A stretch of 64,000 nucleotides of DNA. Source: Eledone cirrhosa (taxonomy: Eukaryota). Shown in pieces: positions 53,470-64,000 of the stretch. The translations under genes and the position numbers were made by a program. The number at the start of each line of letters is the position of its first letter. The first letter of the stretch is position 1. The stretch is from the NCBI GenBank assembly GCA_964016885.1, contig OZ024742.1, positions 76,074,001-76,138,000 of the forward strand, given 5' to 3'. The notes beneath the pieces were generated by a model. That model did not search any database. It was not told the DNA's origin and saw only the letters and a list, made by a program, of their open reading frames with translations.

Positions 53470-54800
53470 AGCAGTCATCATGTTAGACCACTGCCAGTGG
53501 TCATTGTCACAGTTTGAAGATATTTCTTCTTGTACCTTTTTGGGGTGCATCCCTGTTACGGTGGTCAGTGGAGATTTACCCAGGCAACGCGATCTTGAAA
53601 CCTAAAGACATGCCTTGCCCAGCACCACCACAACACATTTAACACTGTATGGTCTGAATACTGTTTATCGCTGTACAAGGACTTCAACGTTTCTGACAAA
53701 TGTCATTTCATCGAATGTTGAGGTTGATGCGAAAGCACCGCTGATGGAATATCTAGCTGTTTTTCATTGGCTGTTGACCCATTGATTTGGTGTGATGGTG
53801 AATCTAGAAATATTCTCATTGCCAATGAAACATAAAAGTTCTGTTTTTAAGCAACACTTATCCATCTGCCATACTATAAGAAACACTTATCCAAAGAGCC
53901 ATACTATATCTTGAAAATCTTTATAGAACACTCTATATTCACCAAGGTCTGCGTAACAAGCAACAGTCCCTTACATGCTCGGTCAATCACCTTTTCTGAA
54001 TTTCCCTTATCCAGCTTGTCCCATAAAAGGCAAAACGCTGCTTTTTAACAGTAGCAATTGGTTGAGTAATTTTGATCCTTTCCTAGTTTTGAAATGGAGA
54101 TTGCACCTGTCGAACACAAGAAGATGATCCGTTTGCTACTCTGTACAAGGCCTTATTCTAGAATTCGAAGACCTCTCTGGTTCACCAAGGCGTATACTAT
54201 GGTAAACTAAGGATTAGACGGAGGATACATTCAAGTTGTCTGTAGCTTGTATTTGTAAATATAAACGGTGTTTGCTGTGGTGAATTGCTGCTTCAAGAAA
54301 ACATCTAATATGAGGTATCCATGTCTGTGCAGCCTCTATAAACATGTTTATCGAGTACTCCATTCAACTGTACTAACCAGCGACCTATCCGAGCAATAAC
54401 ATCCCCACAGATTATTCCGTTCAAGGATAGCAAATCAGTATATATTGATTCCATTTTTGCTTGATCTTTTTGAAAGGACTGTGGTGTAAATGTAGAAAAG
54501 CATAATGCATATTTTCGTTCGAATTGGAAGACGATGAAAGATGCTGACTTCACAGGAAGATGACACAGTCTCAGATTTTTAAGCTCCTAGACGATTGACT
54601 TTCTGATCACGAAGCCAAATCTAGAAGGCGTCTTTCAGTTTTTGGTTTGCTTGGCCTGCATAGGCTGTAGCCGATGAGGTATTCCCGTAATAAACCCGCA
54701 AGGGAGTAAGTGGTCATAATTACCCGTCTCCTCCCGACTAGATTTCGATTTAGAGGTCCACCAAATCCAGGGGTAAAACTTCATGTTCGGTTACCATTTG
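53470..54800 (-). mobile_element. Degenerate RTE-type LINE remnant
   Basis: Minus strand ~53530-53630 reads as W(A)RHVFR…DR…R.RDAPQK(R)Y, resembling the RTE C-terminal WAGHV.R…G.R..G.P.KR motif. The rest is heavily deleted. Confidence 0.5.
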
Positions 54801-55275
54801 TCCATGAGCTACGATGCTAGACGTCTGTTGTTCCATGGATGGGAGCATACAACTTGTTGACAGGTTTTATTGTTTAACTGGAGAGTTCTTGTCAACATAT
54901 TTAACTAGATTAACCTAGTATGAATGCCGGTTTAGTCACTGACGATCCGACCTTGCCGCATGTTGTATCGCATATCGCTAACACTCATACTAATAAGCCG
55001 CTTGTAACGTATAGTAAGTGATGTCTCTATCTACGCATGTATTATGGCTAAAATTTACTGTCATATTTCGTGTGTATGAGAGCATCATTAGGATTAAGTT
55101 TATTATAAATAATTTTAACTGTTATATTATAACGTATGTGTGAAGGAAATCATAAGGATGAAAAAGTCCTAGTCCTGTAGAAGCCACTTCTATATTAAAA
55201 ATTCATACTGTGCTATGTATTGAGCACCTTATTTACTGTGGTAACACCCGATTGAACCCTGGATCCACAAACACA

Positions 55276-55307
<32 letters not shown>

Positions 55308-55490
55308 TACACATAAATATATATATACATACACACACACACACGCACATCTATGTATATACACACACACATATACACACACACACATACATATATATAA
55401 ACATATATAAACATACACATATATATATAATAAATGTATCTATATATATATATATACATATATATCTATATATATATATATCTATATACA

Positions 55491-55551
<61 letters not shown>

Positions 55552-55560
55552 ATCTATCTA

Positions 55561-55603
<43 letters not shown>

Positions 55604-56417
55604 TACAATAATATTTGATAACGCAATTGCATTCACATATAAACGCAGTTCGTGTTGCTTATTGCCATTCCAAATTATATGAAAAAGAACGAAAGAAAAG
55701 ATTTCTGTTCACATTTTTTTCTCCATTTGATCTTGAATGGTTGACTAAAAATACCGTCAAAGGCAAAAAAAAAAAAAAAAAAAAAAAGAAAAATAGAGAA
55801 AAAAAAAAATTTATAAACAGAAGCAACGTCTACTGTGATGTATTAAATGTATTATGCAATGAAAGTATTATGAAATGAATATTTTCAAAGAAAACTGAAA
55901 AACGGAAAAAAGAAATCGTATATTGAAGTAACGTTTCTGTCATTGAAGTCTTTTTCCTTAGTTCTGTGAATCAATAAGAATACAGAGAATTGTATAGCTT
56001 TATAAAATCGAACGCATTTTTTCTTTCTGTTTTATGATTTTTTTTCTCGTAATATGACCACTGGTCATGCATAATATTCGGAAAGATATGGAATATATAT
56101 GAAATCTTTGAAAATGGAATCACATTATTTTATGAATACCTAACACAGAAAGCCATATAGAATAGGAATAACAATCGAGATAGAATTCAAGTGCTAAATT
56201 TCCAAACCTTGCTATATTCAACGGTCTCTATGCGATACCACGAATCACTATAGGATAACGATAATCGTATGTAGAATATGATTAATATTACTAACATACG
56301 GAAACACATTCACACCCACCAACTGACGGACAGATTCATATGCAGGCATTCAACCACTCAGGCACTCATATATTCAAGCACACATGCACAAAGAAATACA
56401 TACGTATATACTCATAT

Positions 56418-56525
<108 letters not shown>

Positions 56526-57311
56526 TGTTTAATATAGAAATGGATTTTATACAGGACTGGAACTGTTTCATTCAAAGGAAATCAACAGGAAAGCCGACTG
56601 ACCTTGTAGAACTGTTGTATTTATGTTTTCTTTTGGTTGGGTAAGGTGGTGATTTTGGAAATTAATAGATTTTAAAGTACAGCCTATGTGTGAGCACACG
56701 CTCTGTGGTATTGTCCATTTAAGGGTGAAGAGGCTGGACAATAGCAGATTCACCCAAAGAGTGATATTTATTGTTCAAGTTTCGGCCAATACATTTTTGG
56801 ATGTCAAATATTCACACGCGGTGGATCATTTGACATTTGTAGAATAGCAATAGCTTAGTCATCCTTGATAATTTAAGGGTCATGGTTTCGATTCTCACTT
56901 GTGCACCTTCCTAATATGAGGTAATAAATTAGCTTGAGAAATTGTAACATGTAGAAAACGAAACGGTCATGATGTTCATTAGTTACATTTCAGACGAATA
57001 CCGTTTATGCAAGTACGAGTTCTGGAAGTTTTGCCCCATCAGAAACATATGAACAGTCATGATTATGGGTCTGCTTTGAATCCTCGACAAGAAGTATGCG
57101 TATATATTTCATGGCAGATATAATTTACCGAAACTCGAACCATTAGAAATCAATACAAATACACAAACACAAATACAGACACAGACACACACAACCTTAT
57201 ATATATATATATATAACGGAGGGGTTGTGGTAAGGAACCAGATGGACCATAACGCACCAGAGTACTCAATACTTACGGTAGTACAGTGGGTAATAGGAGA
57301 AAGTATGACCT

Positions 57312-60300
57312 TGTAGAAGATCACGCCACCTAGCTTTTGACTTTGGAGGCAGTCGATTAACTGCCCTTAGTTCTGACGTAACGTTCTGACGTCAATAACT
57401 GAATACACTCTCTTCTCAACTTTGTGTGTTGATGCGAGCAGAAGCGTTTCACTGTGGCGAAACAGCGATATTGCACCATGCGGTCACGTGATAATTGAAC
57501 ACCGCCACGAAATGATAATTACGAATTACCAATCAAGGGGCAACTGATAGGATACCCTGTTTTGTTTATTGCTCTGATTAAAATGCTGATGTACATATAA
57601 TCTCGAGGTATGTTCTTTTTGCTTAATTGGTTTACCTACACCTAACAACAAATACAGCCAAGCTAGGGAAACGAACACCCCTCTAAATTATAAAACAACG
57701 CAGCCTTCTAAAATTGGTGACCATCTCTCCTAAAGTGGTTGACACCGAGCATCGAACACTATAAAATGGCAACCCTCCTGATAAAACATTTGGGTGAACA
57801 TTTATAAGCGAAACACTTATACCTTCTGTTATCCTATTCTCTGGGCAGTGAATATATAACATAAAACGAAAAAAAAACAAGAAAAAAATGATTATCAACA
57901 TTTTTGAACATTTTTTTTAAGCAGACAAACTAAAAGAAAAAGAAGAATTGTTAATTTTTGTAATGGCCGATAATTTTCCCGCCAATTGTCTTTCTTCTCC
58001 GAAATGCAGCCATCTGATTGGCTGAGACGCATCACGTGATGCCTTCTTTTCACGATCTTAACTAAGCAGCGTGATATGCAGTCGATTTATATATTTTATT
58101 TTAGAGTTCCTGCCATGAAGCGATTTGACTTGTCGACTTTGGATTGTTTGTTTTTTTTACAAATTCGCGGATTATTTTCCCTGTTATGGACACTTGAGAA
58201 CATTTATTTTCCGTTCTTCTGCCTTTATGTATGTTGAGGAAAATATGTCCTCTTTTCCCGTTGTTCTGAACATCTAAAGAAATTTCTGCATTCTTTTTAA
58301 GCGAATATCACATACTTTTATATGTCCAAGTTGATATAGATTGACAATGAGTGGTCCTAATTTACCTGCTTCTTCTTCATATTCGAACCAGCCCGTCTCG
58401 ACACGCAAGGATGCCATGTTAAAAGCTATTGACCCTTTGACGCAGCAAGTCGCTCGGTTATGCAGGGAGAATAGGCCGTATTCCCGGCGGCCTAGGAGTC
58501 GTTCGCGCTCTTTCGCGACTCCACGTCGGCATACTACTTCGCCCGCCAGCAATCCATTATTTTGATGGTATCATGCCACCTTCACTGATAAAGCAAAACA
58601 CTGCCGGCCACCGTGTACCTATTTAACTTCGGGAAACGCAGACCAGAGTCACTGAAGGCGGCAGCTGATCTCTGTGCTACACACCCAAACCGCCACTTCT
58701 TTATTGAGGACCTCCTGTCCGGAAGGTCTTTCCTCGTAGATACGAGAGCCTCCTGCAGCATTTGGTCGGTGAACCGTGTTAAAGAAAAACCTCCTGAGTC
58801 ATCAATGAATTTACAAGCTGTCAATCATTCGCCGATACGGACTTTTGGACAAATCTCGCTTCCTTTGCAATTCAGAAATCTTCAACGAGAATTCAAATGG
58901 ATTTTTACGGTTGCTGACCTACCATACCCGATCTTGGGAGCGGATTTTCTACACCATTTTGCATTGACGATGGACGTCTGTGGCCGACGCCTAGTAGACG
59001 ACATTACTGGTTTTTCACTTCGTGGCCAGAAAGAATTCAACAATGCATGATAGGGATCCCCAGCATTAGCGATGAAAAATGTCGGACTAGCCGTTGGAAA
59101 ATATTCCAACGGTTAGCCCGACCTTTTTCATCGCTGATGCTGGGAATCCCTATCATGCATTGTTGAATTCTTTCCCACAGCTTACTCAGGGAAATTTTCG
59201 AGTTGTCGAACCGACTCACACAACGGAGCATTTTGTCTCTACAACTGGCGCCCCAGTGTTCTCACGTCCTCGTCGCTTGCCTGCAGACAAATTGAAGACA
59301 TCACGGTCCGAGTTCGACCACATGCTGCAACTTGGCATCATTCGCCCTTCTACGAGCCCTTGGGCTTCTCCGTTACACATGGTAGCCAAGACTTCTGGCG
59401 ACTGGAGACCCACTGGTGATTATAGGAAGTTAAATGCTATAACTGTCCCGGATAGATACCCTATTCCACACCTGCAAGATTTTGCATGGTCGTTGCAGGG
59501 ATGTAACATTTTCTTGAAGCTCGATTTGGTGCGAGCCTATCATCAGATTCCTGTCAGGAAAGAAGATATTCCGAAAACGGCCATTACGACTCCATTTGGA
59601 TCATTAGAATTTCTTACCATGCATTTCGGACTTAGGAATGTTGTTAGCACCTTTCAATGGTTCATGGATGAGGTCACTCGTGGTTTAGACTTCGTCTACA
59701 CTTATATTGATGATCTGATTATTGCTAGTTCCTCCAGAGAAGAACACATGCGTCATTTGAATCTTTCGTTTTGTCGACTCAAGTATTACAGTGTTCAAAT
59801 AAATCCCACAATATGTGTTTTCGGTGCGGAATCACTGAATTTGTTAGGTCATGTCATTGACCCTGACGGTATTCGACCTATTCCTGAGAGAGTTAAAGCT
59901 ATAGAGGATTTGCCTCCACCAACCTCACTCCGTTAGCTGCGCCAATTCTTGCGGCTGATTAATTTTTATAGGAGGTTTGTGCATAATTGTGCTAAGCTAC
60001 ACTTCTCTTTGACGGACATTTTGAAAAATTGCCGAAAGAAAAATAAAGACATTTCTTTGAATAAAACTCAGCTCGAGGATTTTGAGAATGCGAAAATTGC
60101 TCTAGCCAATGCATCTTTGCTGGCTCACCCAGTGTCCAATGCTAATCTTTCGCTTTGTGTTGATGCGTCGGATACTGCCGTAGGCGCAGTTTTGCAACAA
60201 AGTAGGAATAATCAACAGCAACCGTTGGAATTTTTCTCCAGGAAGCTGAAACCTGCCGAAACCCGCTACAGCACCTTTGGACGGGAGTTGTTAGCTATAT

Positions 60301-62365
60301 ATTTATCGGTGAAGCATTTTTCGCACATGTTTGAAGGAATAACGTTCACCATCTTCACGGACCACAAGCCGTTGACATTCGCCTTGCAAGCAAAGGCTGA
60401 CAAATAATCGCCCAGAGAAACTAGACATCTCGACCTCATCTCTCAATTTACTAATGATATTCAACATATTCCAGGTTCTATGAATACAGCGGCCGACGCC
60501 CTGCCTCGTTTGCCGATTGCTTCGATCTCGTCGTCCGATGATATAGATTTGAATCGCTTGCAGCCGATCAGCCTACCCTCGAATCGTTGGAGGTTACATC
60601 GTCTGAATTTGTGAATTGCAGGATGAAATACCTACCATTATCGACCGCAGACGGACGGATCCTCTGCGACGTCTCTTTGGATGCGCCACGCCATTTTATT
60701 CCGTTGAACCATCGTCGAACTGTGTTTCTTGTTTTACAAAACATTTCACATCCAGGATCTTCTGCCACAGTAAAACTCATAACGGCTAGATTCTTCTGAC
60801 CAAGTATGAGACGTGATATTACTGTTTGGTGCCGTTCCTGTGTTGCTTTCCAGAAATAAAACATTCACAGGCATGTTAAGACTCCTTTAGGTACTTTTAG
60901 TAACCCGGACGCTCGGTTTAGCCACATTCATGTGGACATTGTGGGACCTTGGCCAATCAGCGGTGGTCATAATTACATATTGACTGTTATCGATCGTTTT
61001 TCGCGATGGCCTGAAGCGACCCCTTGAAAGATAACACTGCTGAGACCACAACGCGTGCCCTTATGTCTGGATGGATTGCTCGATATAGAGTACCAACGTC
61101 AATTACCACGGACCGCGGAAGGCAGTTTGAATCGAATCTCTTCCATGAATTAACGAAAAAAACGCATCCGAACGACTGCATATCATCCTGCCTCTAAAGG
61201 AATGGTGGAGTGTTTCCACCGACAACTAAAAGCCGCTCTACGGATTTCTCTTGACGCTACGCGTTGGAGCGTGTACCTCCCTATTGTGATGTTGGGGATT
61301 CAGTCAACAATAAAGGAGGACCTTGGCTTCTCCCTGGCCAAATTATTATATGGTGCTCCTCTAGCGTTACCTGGGAATATGCTTGCCCCTGTCGATGTTG
61401 CTGCACGAGATCTTCTTTCCTACGTATCCCGTCTGCGTTCTTATTTTCAGGATCTGCCGCTGATGGATACGAGGAAGCAAACCGTAAAATCTGCAGTCCC
61501 GAGGGATATAGCCTCGTAGACCCATGTGTTTGTGCGAAACGATGTTGTGAGCCCACCTCTCACACAACCATACACTGGACCCTACCGTGTATTAGCTCGT
61601 TCCGAGAAACATTTCACTGTAGGCATTAAGGGTTCCAGAGAGACGGTTTCTATTGATCGACTCAAACGAGCACGTTTGGCCACAGACGCTGTCGCACCTG
61701 AGCCCCAAACGCCCCCGTCTTTTTTCTTTCGCACACACACCTGCCTCTTCGTCGCCCCCCTCCCCCCATCACCAAGATATAATACTACGACCCGTTCCGG
61801 TCGGAGGGTTCATTGGCCCAAAAACTGTGTTTGAACTTTTTTAAATTGTATTTAAATTTTATTATAATTTTTTTCTTTCTCGTTCTTGCATGCTTGTTTC
61901 ATATGTTCTTTTGAAATTTGTTGTTCCCTTATGCTCGGTTGGGCTGACTGCTCCTTGGTTTGGGGTTTCTGCTAGTTGCTCATCGTTTTTCTACATACAT
62001 GGTCCGATGAACCGATTTTTATTTCCTTTTCTAAAAATCTGGTAGGAGACCATGTAGAAGATCACGCCACCTAGCTTTTGACTTTGGAGGCAGTCGATTA
62101 ACTGCCCTTAGTTCTGATTTCAGTAGCTGAATACACTCTCTGTTCAACATTGTGTGTTGATGCGAGCAGACGCGTTTCACTGTGGCGAAAAAGCGATATT
62201 GCACCATGCGGTCACGAGATAAGTGAACACCGCCACGAAATGATAATTACGAACCACCAATCAAGGGGCAGCTGATAGGATACTCTGAGTAAAATGCTCA
62301 TGTACATATAATCTCGAGGTATGTTCTTTTTGCTTAATTGGTTTACCTACACCTAACAACAAATA
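57312..62365 (+). mobile_element. Ty3/Gypsy LTR retrotransposon, degenerate; 3' LTR cut short
   Basis: 5' LTR 57312-~57713 and 3' LTR 62053-62365 both begin TGTAGAAGATCACGCCACC. PBS TGGTGACC at 57715. PPT GGTAGGAGA at ~62041. Domain order PR-RT-RH-IN. Related to the element at 18741. Confidence 0.93.
58640..61834 (+). pseudogene. Gypsy pol (protease, RT, RNase H, integrase) with multiple stops and frameshifts
   Basis: FLVDTRASCS; [14 protein letters not shown]; VDASD, RYSTFGRELLA, TDHKPL; [32 protein letters not shown]. Confidence 0.93.
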
Positions 62366-62372
62366 TAAGAGA

Positions 62373-64000
62373 CTAGCAGATTTACCCGGCGTTGCTCGGG
62401 GTTTGGAATTATGCTAAGAATATTCAGCTAGGAAGTAAAAGAAGAACATTATTTGTCCCCAACCTGTCAAAATAAGCAGAAGTCTCCAATAATTAATGCA
62501 AACGAATATTTAGTGCAATCACATAAAACTATGCTGATAATGAAGGAAAACACTGAACAGGATGTAGTTATACAAATGATTAAAGACAATACACGTTGCA
62601 AATCTGTAAAAAAAACAGGCAGTTTTGCTAAAGTACAAAAAGTTGTAATGAAAGCAGAGTTTTATACAAACAAAAAAAAAACAATGAGAGTAGAATAAGA
62701 GAAAATCTATTCTTTGAGAGCATCCTTTGCTGTGTATGGTTAAATTTTTAACTTATAATCCAAAATATCCTGCATGACATATTCATTGGTATGTTTTGTA
62801 ATGAGTAAAGTGAAGTCTAGACAGAGCTGTAATAAGTTTGTTTGTTAACACTAAAGCACTTCAGGATAGACGATATTCTTTGTTTTTCTTTTCGGAACAA
62901 ACGCAAAGAGAGTATCTGCCAACTCGTGAGCAGGCAACGTAGAATTCTCCGTGCGAAAAGCAAGGTTCATCCAAGTGAATTCCAGCGATGGACAGAGTTT
63001 GACCTTTCGACTTCTTTATGGACATTGCGAAGGAAAAACACGAACGGGAAATTGGGTTAGGCCAAAAGAGAAGGGAGTATCCACGCCTGATGTAGTCAGG
63101 CTAATTTTTGTTATTATCACATCCTCGCCTTTTCCACATCCGGATAGAATGGTAGCGTCAATACTAAGTGGAGACAGTTTTTTTAACCACAATACGTGTA
63201 CCATTGAATAGTTTTGGAGGAGTAATATTTCTCAGCAAAATAATTGGTGTTCCCTCTTCCAGAACCAATGTATTGGGAGGTAAACCAGGAGGATTTAAAT
63301 AATTTAGAAATTCAACTGGATAATTCACCGCATCCTGTGGATCACATACAGTATCAATATATTTATATATCTGTGGACATCCAGGAAGAAGCTGAAGAAG
63401 TTGATCGTTAATAACGCTAACCGTGATATTTTTGGGTGCAAGAATGGCTCTTTCGCATAGCCAATCAAGATTCGTATAGTTATCACGCAAGTTCGGGAAT
63501 ACACTCGACTTCAGATCATCGATAGTTTTAACTACATTGCAGATGTGATCAATTGCTATTTGTCTATCTGTATCCGGAGGTAGGTTACCATCTCCTATTG
63601 TAAGAATGTCTCCAGAAAATGTTGATGACAGTGGGTCCCCATGCAACCTTGCACCCATGTTGGTAGTTAGTCTTAATGATGTCACTTGTCGCCACTAATG
63701 TGAAGCCTTAAGACATGCATATACCGCATCTGCTCTTGTTCCTTTCGGTATTATAGGAAGAGTCTGTCTGAAGTCTCCTGATAGCAGAAGGGTGACACTC
63801 ACCATAACATCACTGCAATCTCGTATGTCTTTCAAAGATTATCTCCCTTTTTTTATAAGGATTGTCAATAAAGTTTATCTCCCTTACGTCAATTTTTCTA
63901 CTGATAATTTTGATATCGATTCTTTATTGCTCAACGTGGGTCGATTTGAAAAATGTTTGTGTTGCGACAATCTTAGCGACCTGTGCAACGTGCACAGAAA
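62373..64000 (-). mobile_element. Helitron with degenerate PIF1-type helicase, running to or beyond the window edge
   Basis: Minus-strand 3' end CCCGAGCAACGCCGGG-TAAATCTG-CTAG|T at 62373-62400. Helicase motifs upstream. Confidence 0.88.
62890..63835 (-). pseudogene. Helitron RepHel PIF1-like helicase C-terminal half
   Basis: LLSGDFRQTLPIIPKG, LTTNM, RAILAPKN, YPVEFLN..PPGLPP..L, IILLRNI.PPKL.NGTR, QFPVR. Confidence 0.9.

Overview
AT-rich, microsatellite-dense eukaryotic DNA made almost entirely of transposable elements. No confident host gene was found. The recurrent tRNA-derived SINEs suggest an octopod cephalopod, which is an inference from memory of those SINE sequences. Recognisable elements include several Penelope-like elements (PLEs, Naiad-like RT + GIY-YIG), among them a young 7-kb head-to-head inverted PLE pair at 44851-51914. 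There are also two related Ty3/Gypsy LTR elements, a near full-length Tx1/L1-like LINE, a Chapaev3-like DNA transposon, two Helitrons, RLE- and RTE-type LINE fragments and two SINE families. The most interesting signal is RNA-structural. About ten separate loci carry type I hammerhead ribozyme (HHR) motifs, some degenerate. One is a near-perfect 310-bp non-coding tandem array with one HHR per unit plus an inverted copy (36234-37415, retrozyme-like). A diverged relative of that unit shows compensatory stem changes, and several HHRs have the U3-A8 core variant. Small HHR elements and the autonomous-type PLE share one architecture: head-to-head fold-back copies whose two 3' ends point outward into (TA)n. 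All structures were read by eye and need computational confirmation.
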